A stretch of DNA of 62,297 nucleotides, filler included. It is 6 parts of 6 records of this genome, joined end to end, with 100 filler letters (N's around TTAATTAATTAA, not from the genome) between each part and the next. Parts side by side here need not be neighbours in the genome. Positions count along the whole stretch, not along the records: positions 1 to 9,004 come from SRR31156797_7164; positions 9,105 to 16,205 come from SRR31156797_7173; 4 more parts are not named here. One strand, given 5' to 3'. Below are positions 1-9,106 of this stretch, piece by piece; positions within the stretch are counted from its first letter, which is position 1, and the number at the start of each line of letters is the position of its first letter. A program made the translations under genes and the position numbers. The notes beneath the pieces are model-generated. The model did not search any database. It was given only the letters and a program-made list of their open reading frames with translations, and was not told where the DNA came from.

Positions 1-1
1 A

Positions 2-3000
2 AAACGCGATAAAAAACTGGATACTACCGAGGTAATTTATATGCGTTCGATGACAAACGGGGAGTATGTTATCGGAAAGACGCTTGGTAACCTTCAGGTT
101 TTTATGCTATTAAATGTGGCCGTGGTTATTATGGCTTTAATTTTTAATTCGCTGGCTAAGGGTACAACAATCAATTGGGTTTCTTACGGAATCTACCTGC
201 TGCTGATCAGTATTCCTACACTTGTTTTTATTATGGGATTGTCGTTCCTGTTTATGAGTATTATACGCAACCAGGCCATAACCTTTGTTTTGGTGCTTGG
301 CTATGTGGGGATGACACTTTTTTGGATTCAAGACAAATATTACTACATTTTTGATTATATGGCGTTTAACATTCCGATGTTAAGCTCCGATATTGTGGGA
401 TTTGGCAACCTCGGCGTAATTTTGGTCCATCGTGGAATTTATTTTGGATTGGGAGCTGGCTTTATTTTTCTAACCATCTTTTTGTTGAAACGACTGCCAC
501 AGTCGGTACCAATGACCTTTATTTCGCTTGCGTTTAGTGTTGTATTTATCGGGGGTGCGGGTTGCCTTGTTTTTAATCATATTGATAGCTTTAAAAAAAC
601 AGAAAAGTTAAGGGCTGAACTTATTGAATTAAACGACGAGTATGTTGGAATGCCAGCTCCGGTAGTTTTGTCTAACAAACTAAAAGTTGACCATAAAGGA
701 GAGTTACTGGATATAAATTCCAAGTTAGATGTTAAAAATAACCACAACTCAAGCATTGATAAATTTGTTTTTAGTTTGAATGGGGGATTCGAACTTCAGG
801 AAGTAAAATTAAACGGAGAGCCTACGCCTTTTTTAAGAAAACAACACCTGATTATTGTTTCTGAAAATGTTGAGCTCGGACCAAAAGATAGTATGACCGT
901 GGAATTCTCTTATTCCGGATCAGTGAACGAAGCATATTGTTACCTTGATATTGAGGAAGAAGACCGGCTTGAAAAATATGGGAGATTTGTTTTAAATGTT
1001 GATAAACGTAGTGCCTTTGTAACACCCGATTATGTATTGCTAACATCGGAAGCCAATTGGTATCCCAAACCCGGTGTTACTTATAGTTCGAAAGATGTTA
1101 GCTGGTATCAACCACAGTTTACGAACTATAGTGTAGAGGTAAATACAACTGAAGGATTACAAGCGGTTTCTCAAGGAAAGGTAGAAGAAGTTTCTGCCGG
1201 CCATTTCTTGTTTCAGCCCGAAACACCGCTAACAAAAGTTTCATTGGCTATTGGAAAATACAAGCAACTGAAAATAGAACAAGACGAAGTGGAATATGGC
1301 TTGTGGTACATCGAGGGGCATGATTATTTCGCTGATGTATTTCCGGAATCGAAAGATACCCTGGGAGCAGTAATTGCCGAGCGTTTTCAGGATTTTATGC
1401 GCAGTTACAATTTGGAATATAACTCGTCGAGATTAGCCATTGTTGAGGTGCCGGCGCAGTTTAAAACCTATGAACGTATGTGGACTTCCATCCATGAAAC
1501 TGTTCAGCCTGAACAGGTTTTTATGCAGGAAAAAGCATTTATGCTCCGAGAAGGTGATTTTGAAAAGGAAAAAGACCGTATGGGGAGAAGAGGCCGTAGA
1601 GGTGGAGGAGCTGATATGACCGATCTGGACAAAGAACTTGGAATACTGAATCGCTTCGTCGGGAAATTTATGGAAGAAACCGAAACTGATCGAAATTTCC
1701 AACGCGGTGGACAAATGAGTGTGGAGCAAAAATCAAATCCTTATTTTGTTTTTCCCTGGCTTTATAATTTTCAAAATAATATTCAATCAACCCGTTGGCC
1801 AATTACCAACCGTATTTTTGAGGCCTACCTGAAAGGGCAGAATATGGACATGCGAGCCGCTTTTATGAGTAATATGAGCGGCGATAGCCCGGAAATGAAA
1901 GCTAACATTGCATTACAAGATTATTCGTTTGAAGAAATTCTGGCCGATCCGGATCAGAAAGAGATTGTATCAAGCGTAATTAAATTAAAAGGGGAAGTGC
2001 TGTTTTCAAGCATTCAGTGGAAAGCCGGACAAGATGATTTTGAGAATTTCCTGCATGATATTCTTACCGAAAATAAGTATACCAATATATCGTTTGAAGA
2101 ATTTGACCAAAAAATTAGTGAAAACTTTGGACTAGAACTGGTGCCGATGATGGACAACTGGTTTAAAGCCAAAACGCTACCAGGTTATTTGATTTCACCA
2201 ATAAAAGCTGTTAAAGTAAAAGATGGCGATGCTATGAAACTGATGGTGCAATTGAAAATAACTAATTTTTCGGAAGTTGAGGGCCTGGTGAAACTGACCT
2301 TTAGAATGGGAGGTGGCCCGGGGCGGGGATTTGGTCCTCCGGGTGGTGGCTCTGAAGAGACGGTAGATAAGCTTATTCACCTTGAGGCCAATCAAACAAA
2401 AGAATTAAGCTACCTGTTTGACGGAAGTCCAAGAATGGTGGTGCTAAACTCATTAACTTCCAAGAATATTCCTCAAACATTTATGGAATTTTTTCGCGAT
2501 ACCGAGGAAGATCTGAAACTCAGGGCATGGGAAGGAGAAAGAATAAGTTCTACTCCGGTTCAAACAAAATTGCCAAACGAAACAATTGTCGACAACGAAG
2601 ATCCTGAATTTGAAATCAGTAAAGCTGATCAGAAAAGTTTACTGGAAAAGCTGATTATTAAAGAAGAAGAGAAAAAACAAAAATATGTTGGAATAGTTTG
2701 GTGGAGACCCGCGACAGCCTGGACAGCCACTACAAACGATGAGTTTTATGGCGAATATGTTCGTTCAGCTTACTACGTAAAAGGCGGCGATGGTAACCAA
2801 ACAGCCAAATGGAATGTTCCGGTGAAAAAACCCGGATATTATGATGTTTATTTTCACCTTTATAAGTCAAGGGGATTTGGACGTCACAGACAGGAAGATA
2901 AGGGAAATTACAACTTTACTATTCATGGAGAAGACGGCCCGGAAGAGGCCTCGCTTGAGGTGCATAATGCCGATAATGGTTGGAACCACCTGGGATCATA

Positions 3001-3094
3001 TTATTTTGATTCGGAAACTGCAGTAATCGAACTTTCCAATAAAACCGATTTACGAATGGTATTTGCTGATGCAGTAAAAATTGTTGAGTTATAG
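2..3094 (+). CDS. ABC-2-type permease / M1-aminopeptidase-like / golvesin-like C-terminal domain fusion (5' truncated)
   Basis: Frame is open from base 2 (KRDKKLDTTEVIYMRS). N-terminal TM helices, then an M1-like region (LAIVEVPAQF) with no HExxH. C-terminus IVDNED...AKWNVPVKKPGYYDVY...GWNHLGSYYF...VFADAVKIV resembles golvesin-like beta-sandwiches. Confidence 0.7.
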   Translation, partial: KRDKKLDTTEVIYMRSMTNGEYVIGKTLGNLQVFMLLNVAVVIMALIFNSLAKGTTINWVSYGIYLLLISIPTLVFIMGLSFLFMSIIRNQAITFVLVLGYVGMTLFWIQDKYYYIFDYMAFNIPMLSSDIVGFGNLGVILVHRGIYFGLGAGFIFLTIFLLKRLPQSVPMTFISLAFSVVFIGGAGCLVFNHIDSFKKTEKLRAELIELNDEYVGMPAPVVLSNKLKVDHKGELLDINSKLDVKNNHNSSIDKFVFSLNGGFELQEVKLNGEPTPFLRKQHLIIVSENVELGPKDSMTVEFSYSGSVNEAYCYLDIEEEDRLEKYGRFVLNVDKRSAFVTPDYVLLTSEANWYPKPGVTYSSKDVSWYQPQFTNYSVEVNTTEGLQAVSQGKVEEVSAGHFLFQPETPLTKVSLAIGKYKQLKIEQDEVEYGLWYIEGHDYFADVFPESKDTLGAVIAERFQDFMRSYNLEYNSSRLAIVEVPAQFKTYERMWTSIHETVQPEQVFMQEKAFMLREGDFEKEKDRMGRRGRRGGGADMTDLDKELGILNRFVGKFMEETETDRNFQRGGQMSVEQKSNPYFVFPWLYNFQNNIQSTRWPITNRIFEAYLKGQNMDMRAAFMSNMSGDSPEMKANIALQDYSFEEILADPDQKEIVSSVIKLKGEVLFSSIQWKAGQDDFENFLHDILTENKYTNISFEEFDQKISENFGLELVPMMDNWFKAKTLPGYLISPIKAVKVKDGDAMKLMVQLKITNFSEVEGLVKLTFRMGGGPGRGFGPPGGGSEETVDKLIHLEANQTKELSYLFDGSPRMVVLNSLTSKNIPQTFMEFFRDTEEDLKLRAWEGERISSTPVQTKLPNETIVDNEDPEFEISKADQKSLLEKLIIKEEEKKQKYVGIVWWRPATAWTATTNDEFYGEYVRSAYYVKGGDGNQTAKWNVPVKKPGYYDVYFHLYKSRGFGRHRQEDKGNYNFTIHGEDGPEEASLEVHNADNGWNHLGSYYFDSETAVIELSNKTDLRMVFADAVKIVEL

Positions 3095-3111
3095 AAATTA
3101 AGAAACATAAA

Positions 3112-4608
3112 ATGAGGACAAAAATCAATCTATTAGTAAGGTTTACCATGGTTTTGGTGGTTACTGGTGCGGCAGTTGTAAACTCCGGTGCTCAAGAAAC
3201 ACTTACCTTACAAAAGGCTTTAAGTATTGCCGAAACTGGTAGCCCCGATCTACAACTATCGTTACTAAGTTTAGAACGAAGCCAGAAAAACCTGGAGGCA
3301 CAGCGGGCTGCCCTGAAATCACGTTTTACCCTGGAAGTAAATCCAATAGATTACAGTAACCAACGTCGTTTTGACAGCCGTGTTTCGGAGTGGTATACCA
3401 ACGAAAATTTTGAATCGAGTACCTTGTTTCGTGCTGAGCAACCTATTTTGTTTACCGATGGTACAATTTCGTTAACCAATGAGTTTGGGTGGTCAAGCAG
3501 TAACTCGTCGGCAGGAGACAGCGAAAGCGAAGTGTTTTTTAACAATCTTTATTTAAACCTGAACCAGCCTCTATTTACTTATAACCGTTTGAAAATCGAG
3601 TTAAAAGAGTTAGAACTTAACCTTGAAAATTCGAAAATAGACTATGCAATGCAGCGTTTGAACCTGGAAAAAAACGTAACGCAATATTTCTACAATGTAT
3701 ATATGTCGCAAATGAATTTAACCATTGCGAAAGAAGAACTGGAAAATACCCAGAAAAGCTACGATATAATTGTAAATAAAGTAGAAGCCGGTTTGGCAGC
3801 AAAAGAAGAGCAGTACCAGGCAGAACTAAATCTTGCCACTTCAAAATCAACCCTTCAGGATGCCCAGGTGAGTTTTGAAAACAATAAAGATCAGTTAAAA
3901 CTTTACCTCGGAATGGATCTTTTCGAAGATATCGTGATCTTAGCCGATATTGGTGTAAACCCAATTCCTGTTGATCTGGATAAAGCCATTGACAATGGAT
4001 TAAAATCACGAATGGAACTTCGTCAGCGAGAAATTGATATTGAGACCAGCCAGTTTGACCTGATAGAAACAAAAGCATTAAACGAATTTGAAGGTGAAAT
4101 GAACCTACGTGTGGGGATTACAGGAGACAATAAAGAATTAGGGAATATTTTTGATAATCCCACGCGGAGCCCTTCGGTGGGTATAAGTTTTAATATCCCG
4201 ATTTTTGACTGGGGAGAAAAAAAGGCAAGAATTGCGGCAGCCGAAGCAGCCATTCGATCGCAGGAACTAAACCTGTCTGAAGAGAAAAAGCAAATTATTG
4301 TAGATATCCGTCAGGTGTATAGAAATATACAAAACCAGCTTAACCAGATTGAAATTGCCAAACAAAACGAACGAAATGCTCAATTAACTTATGAGATAAA
4401 TCTTGAAAGATATGAAAATGGTGACCTGACCGGGATGGACTTAAACCTTTACCAAACGCAGCTTTCTGAAAAGAAAGTAGCACTAAGTCAGGCGCTTATT
4501 AATTATAAAATCGAGTTGCTAAATCTAAAGATTCAATCCTTATACGATTTCGAGACGGGTGAGCAGATTGTTCCTGCCGAGTTGTACCTGGATGAAAAGC
4601 AGAAATAA
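3112..4608 (+). CDS. TolC family outer-membrane efflux protein
   Basis: Signal peptide, two OEP repeats (QPLFTYN, IPIFDWG, ERYENG), located upstream of MFP and RND genes. Confidence 0.9.
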   Translation: MRTKINLLVRFTMVLVVTGAAVVNSGAQETLTLQKALSIAETGSPDLQLSLLSLERSQKNLEAQRAALKSRFTLEVNPIDYSNQRRFDSRVSEWYTNENFESSTLFRAEQPILFTDGTISLTNEFGWSSSNSSAGDSESEVFFNNLYLNLNQPLFTYNRLKIELKELELNLENSKIDYAMQRLNLEKNVTQYFYNVYMSQMNLTIAKEELENTQKSYDIIVNKVEAGLAAKEEQYQAELNLATSKSTLQDAQVSFENNKDQLKLYLGMDLFEDIVILADIGVNPIPVDLDKAIDNGLKSRMELRQREIDIETSQFDLIETKALNEFEGEMNLRVGITGDNKELGNIFDNPTRSPSVGISFNIPIFDWGEKKARIAAAEAAIRSQELNLSEEKKQIIVDIRQVYRNIQNQLNQIEIAKQNERNAQLTYEINLERYENGDLTGMDLNLYQTQLSEKKVALSQALINYKIELLNLKIQSLYDFETGEQIVPAELYLDEKQK

Positions 4609-4627
4609 ACCTGAAAAATTATCAAAA

Positions 4628-5686
4628 ATGAAGCATATAAATTTATTTGTTCTGTTGGGTATAGTGCTGGCTTTTGCCGCTTGTAACAACCAATCAAGTA
4701 CAGAATCAACCGAACTGGCAGTACCGGTATCGGTAGAGAATATCAAACTTAAAAGTATTCAACAATTTGTTAGTACAACCGGTACGGCAAAAGCACGATA
4801 CGAAACCGAGTTGACATCTGAAATTGAGGGTGATTATTTTTTGCAGGTTAACCCAAAAACCGGTAAGAAGTTTAAACTGGGCGATCGTGTTCAAAAAGGA
4901 CAGGTGATTGTAAAATTTGAAGATGCCGAATACATTAATGGATTAGCAATTGAGTCGAAAAAACTGAATCTGGAAATCTCCGAGCAGGAATACGAAAAAC
5001 AAAAATCGCTTTACGAAAAAGGAGGAGTTACTTTGCTCGAACTTCGTAATTCGGAAGTATCAAAAATAACTGCTAAAAACGACTATGAAAGTGCTCAAAT
5101 TCAATTGGCCAAAATGAAAGTAGTGGCTCCTTTTAGTGGTGTGATCATCGATCTTCCGTATTATACAGAAGGAGTTCGGGTTACATCGGGAGAAACGATC
5201 GCAGGCCTGATGAGTTATGATAAAATGTATATCGAGATAAATCTTCCGGAAAAGAACCTGGCAGATGTAAAAACAGGTCAGGAGGTTGTGGTAACCAATT
5301 ATACATTAAGCGAAGATACCATTACGGGTTATGTTAGCGAATTATCGCCGGCAGTTAGCGACGAAACACGAACTTTTGCCGGCAAACTTCAAATTGAAAA
5401 TCCTGAGTTAAAACTTCGTCCGGGTATGTTTGTAAAAGCAAACATTATTACGGCTGAAAAAGACAGTGCAGTGGTAATTCCAAAGGATGTGATCATGTCA
5501 GGATCGCGTGGAAAATATGTTTTTGTGGTTGGGCGAAACAGTGCTGCTGAAGACCGAAGAATTACTACCGGCATTTCAAACCAGGATGAGGTAGAAATAA
5601 TTGAGGGACTGAAAGCAAATGACAGATTGATTATTAAAGGTTTTGAAACTTTGCGTGACCACTCAAAAGTTAAGGTAATATTATAA
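4628..5686 (+). CDS. RND efflux membrane fusion protein (lipoprotein)
   Basis: Lipobox AFAAC after the ATG at 4628; APFSGVI and LRPGMFV motifs. Confidence 0.92.
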   Translation: MKHINLFVLLGIVLAFAACNNQSSTESTELAVPVSVENIKLKSIQQFVSTTGTAKARYETELTSEIEGDYFLQVNPKTGKKFKLGDRVQKGQVIVKFEDAEYINGLAIESKKLNLEISEQEYEKQKSLYEKGGVTLLELRNSEVSKITAKNDYESAQIQLAKMKVVAPFSGVIIDLPYYTEGVRVTSGETIAGLMSYDKMYIEINLPEKNLADVKTGQEVVVTNYTLSEDTITGYVSELSPAVSDETRTFAGKLQIENPELKLRPGMFVKANIITAEKDSAVVIPKDVIMSGSRGKYVFVVGRNSAAEDRRITTGISNQDEVEIIEGLKANDRLIIKGFETLRDHSKVKVIL

Positions 5687-5690
5687 ACAA

Positions 5691-5746
5691 GCCGGGAGCT
5701 CGGAGCACGAACCCAGAAGTGAACTTCGTACTCCAAGCTTCGTGCT
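5691..5746. repeat. Inverted arrays of degenerate 7-mers forming an intergenic hairpin
   Basis: gccggga/gctcgga/gcacgaa ... cttcgta/ctccaag/cttcgtg; the arms are imperfectly complementary. Confidence 0.5.
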
Positions 5747-5761
5747 ATTAATTTTTTTAGC

Positions 5762-8700
5762 ATGAAGAAACTTACACAATTTTCGGTCAATTACCCGGTA
5801 ACTGTGCTTATGGTCGTATTGGGAGTATTGCTTTTAGGCTACATCTCTTACGACAAATTGGGAGTTGATCTATTCCCTGACCTGAACACTCCCCGTATTT
5901 TTGTGGAGATTACCTCAGGAGAGCGGCCTCCGGAAGAAATGGAGCAACAATTTGTTGAAAACATTGAAGCCCTGGCTATCCGGCAATCCGATGTGATTCA
6001 GGTGACATCCACATCTAAAGTTGGATCGGCACAAATTACAGTTGAATATGCCTGGAATAAGGACATGGATGAGGCTTTTCTTGATCTTCAAAAAGCATTA
6101 AATACATTAACACAGAATTCTGATATCGATGAGCTGCAAATAACGCAACACGATCCGAATACCACGCCGGTAATGGTAATTGGATTAAAACACAATGAGA
6201 TTAAGGATATGAATGAGCTACGCAAAGTAGCAGAAAATTATATCAGAAATGAATTGGTGCGTTTGGAAGGGGTAGCCGAAGTTGATATTTCAGGGCAAGA
6301 GGAAAGTGAGGTAATAATTGAAACGGATGTTTACCGGCTGGAGGCCCAAAACCTTTCGATGGATGAAGTAGCTTCCAGAATTGAAAGTTTTAACCGAAAT
6401 GTATCGGGTGGACAAATAACCGACATGGGAACACAGTACATTGTAAAAGGTGTTTCGATGTTGCAAACAACCGAAGATTTCGAAAATCTGATTGTTGGTT
6501 ACAAAGCGGTTAAAAACACTGAAACCACAACAAGTGAACGAAGTGTTGAAATGGCTCCGGTTTATTTAAAGGACGTTGCGAGCATTTCCATAGGAAACAA
6601 AGAACCCTCCAATATTGTACATGTTAATGGCGAAAGATGCCTTGGCCTTTCTATTTACAAAGAGACCAAGTTTAATACGGTAAAGTCGGTTGAACAGATT
6701 AACGAAGCCCTGGTCGACATTGAAAAGGCTCTTCCGGGATACCAACTTATGGGCATAACCAACCAAGGGCGTTTTATCAGCAGCGCCATTAAAGAGGTAC
6801 AGGAAACGGCACTACTGGGGATTTTACTAGCTGTTGTAGTGTTGTTTGTTTTTCTTCGTCGCTTCGGAACAACTCTGATTGTAAGTATTGCAATTCCAAT
6901 TTCGATTATTGCTACGTTTAACCTGATGTATTTCAACCACCTTACCATAAACATTATGACCTTAGGGGGGCTTGCCCTGGGGGCAGGAATGTTAGTGGAT
7001 AATGCCATTGTAGTAATGGAAAATATATTCAGGAATCATGAAAACGGGATGAGTGTTAAGGAAGCTGCAATTACAGGTACATCGCAGGTTGGAGGTGCGA
7101 TAACAGCATCAACACTTACAACTATTATTGTGTTTTTACCCATTGTATATTTACATGGTGCATCTGGCGAATTGTTTAAAGACCAGGCATGGACTGTGGC
7201 ATTTTCGCTGCTTTCATCGCTGGTAGTAGCAATCTTTCTAATTCCAATGATGTACCACCGGATTTACAGAAACAAAAAAGCTCCGGTAAAAACAAAGTCG
7301 GTTCAGGTTGGCGGTTATGCCCGCTTTTTAGATAAGGCATTAAAGGCAAAATGGGTGGTAATTGTTGTTGCAACAGTAGCCATCGCGGCATCTGTTCTTT
7401 TGGTTCCGTTTCTTGGAACCGAATTTATGCCTAAAAGCGAAACACGCGAATTAACCATCGATTTAAAACTTCAGGAAGGAACACAACTCCAACGAACCGA
7501 ATCAACGGTTAGAAATATTGAAAATATTTTGATGGACTACTTGGGAGATAACCTGGAAAACATTTATTCTCAGGCTGGGCCATCAGGTGGTGTTACCGGC
7601 GATGCAAGTTCTGTTTTTGAAGGAGAGAATACCGCTGAAATAAAAGTTATTCTGGCAGAAGAATCAACTATCTCAACAGAAAGTGTTGTGAAAACAATTG
7701 ATCAGCTAACAACAAATATTGAAGGATTGGAAGTAACGTTCTCGCAGGAAGAAACGGCTTTGCAATCTATTTTAGGAACCAACGAAGCCCCGGTAGTTGT
7801 TGAGGTACGCGGAGAAGAGCTCGATGAGATCGAAAATGTAATCAACCAGGTAAAAGAAAAAATGCTGGTTGTTGACGGCCTGTTTAATGTGCAAACTTCG
7901 ATAGAAGATGGCGCACCCGAGGTTGAAATTAGGGTAGACCGGATGCGTGCCGGAATGTACAACATTGATATCAGCACAGTAGTGTCACAAATTCAAGAGC
8001 AGCTGGAAGGCAAAAGTGCAGGTGAACTGGAACGAAACGGAGAGTTACAAGACATAACAATTAAAGTTCCGGAGAAAGGGATTGATGAGATAAGCTCGTT
8101 TTTAATTACTTCCGACGATCAGGTTTTCCGGTTAAACGAAATTGCCGACATTAGTTATGGCGTTTCGCCAAAAGAGATATTCAGAAGAAATCAAAACCGC
8201 ATTGGAAAAGTAACGGCTCAACTTGACAAAGGAGTGGCACTCGATCATGTGGCAACAGAAATTCGAACGTTGACTTCAACTATTGACCTGTTGCCTAACT
8301 ACCGGATTATGGTTACCGGAGAGGAAGAAAAACGTCAGGAGTCGTTGAGCAACCTGACTTTTGCATTGCTTTTGTCTATTGTGTTGGTATATATGGTATT
8401 GGCTTCTCAATTTGAATCACTGATTCACCCTTTTACTATATTGTTGACTATTCCTCTGGCCGTAGTTGGAAGTATACTCATATTTTTCTTTTTGGGAAAA
8501 ACATTAAATATAATGGCCATAATCGGAGTAATTATGTTAGTGGGTATTGCCGTGAACGACTCCATAATATTAGTGGACCGGATAAATCAGCTAATTCGTG
8601 ATGGAGTTGAGCGAAGGAATGCCATTTTGCAAGCAGGGCAACAGCGTATACGCCCGATAATAATGACCAGTTTAACTACTATTCTTGCTCTATTACCACT

Positions 8701-8878
8701 AACTATTGGTTTTGGTGAAAGTGCATCGTTACGCTCACCAATGGCTTTGGCTGTGGTTGGCGGATTGGTGACTTCAACTTTGCTTACTTTGGTAGTTATT
8801 CCTTGCGTTTACGATGTGCTGGATCGGGTAAGGGTAATGTTTGTAAAAACGAAAGAGTCTGAAAAGTTGGGTAATTAA
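5762..8878 (+). CDS. AcrB/AcrD/AcrF family RND permease
   Basis: 1038 aa, 12-TM pattern, GMLVDNAIVVMENI and RIRPIIMTSLTT motifs. Confidence 0.95.
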   Translation: MKKLTQFSVNYPVTVLMVVLGVLLLGYISYDKLGVDLFPDLNTPRIFVEITSGERPPEEMEQQFVENIEALAIRQSDVIQVTSTSKVGSAQITVEYAWNKDMDEAFLDLQKALNTLTQNSDIDELQITQHDPNTTPVMVIGLKHNEIKDMNELRKVAENYIRNELVRLEGVAEVDISGQEESEVIIETDVYRLEAQNLSMDEVASRIESFNRNVSGGQITDMGTQYIVKGVSMLQTTEDFENLIVGYKAVKNTETTTSERSVEMAPVYLKDVASISIGNKEPSNIVHVNGERCLGLSIYKETKFNTVKSVEQINEALVDIEKALPGYQLMGITNQGRFISSAIKEVQETALLGILLAVVVLFVFLRRFGTTLIVSIAIPISIIATFNLMYFNHLTINIMTLGGLALGAGMLVDNAIVVMENIFRNHENGMSVKEAAITGTSQVGGAITASTLTTIIVFLPIVYLHGASGELFKDQAWTVAFSLLSSLVVAIFLIPMMYHRIYRNKKAPVKTKSVQVGGYARFLDKALKAKWVVIVVATVAIAASVLLVPFLGTEFMPKSETRELTIDLKLQEGTQLQRTESTVRNIENILMDYLGDNLENIYSQAGPSGGVTGDASSVFEGENTAEIKVILAEESTISTESVVKTIDQLTTNIEGLEVTFSQEETALQSILGTNEAPVVVEVRGEELDEIENVINQVKEKMLVVDGLFNVQTSIEDGAPEVEIRVDRMRAGMYNIDISTVVSQIQEQLEGKSAGELERNGELQDITIKVPEKGIDEISSFLITSDDQVFRLNEIADISYGVSPKEIFRRNQNRIGKVTAQLDKGVALDHVATEIRTLTSTIDLLPNYRIMVTGEEEKRQESLSNLTFALLLSIVLVYMVLASQFESLIHPFTILLTIPLAVVGSILIFFFLGKTLNIMAIIGVIMLVGIAVNDSIILVDRINQLIRDGVERRNAILQAGQQRIRPIIMTSLTTILALLPLTIGFGESASLRSPMALAVVGGLVTSTLLTLVVIPCVYDVLDRVRVMFVKTKESEKLGN

Positions 8879-8932
8879 CAGATGAATGGAAGTTGGTTAG
8901 AGCGGTCGTGAGTTTTACTTTTATTACTTAAA

Positions 8933-8962
8933 CTCCGGTCTTCTGACTTCGGTCTTCCAACT
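8933..8962 (+). repeat. Tandem degenerate 7-mer repeat
   Basis: ctccggt cttctga cttcggt cttccaa in the intergenic region. Confidence 0.5.
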
Positions 8963-8974
8963 AAAAATTAAGGA

Positions 8975-9004
8975 ATGAAATTCATCATAAACAGAAAAAT
9001 ATTC
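8975..9004 (+). CDS. Start of next gene, possibly a second RND permease (truncated by contig end)
   Basis: ATG with MKFIINRKIF, similar to RND N-termini (xxFIxxRx); only 10 codons are visible. Confidence 0.4.
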
Positions 9005-9104
9005 NNNNNNNNNNNNNNNNNNNNNNNNNNNNNNNNNNNNNNNNNNNNTTAATTAATTAANNNNNNNNNNNNNNNNNNNNNNNNNNNNNNNNNNNNNNNN
9101 NNNN
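9005..9104. other. Artificial contig linker
   Basis: N44-TTAATTAATTAA-N44. Confidence 0.99.
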
Positions 9105-9106
9105 AC

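Noticed and set aside
1484-1515. SIHETVQ as the HExxH zinc motif of an active peptidase
   Set aside because: The second His is absent (HETVQ), and the position corresponds better to the GAMEN-like region.
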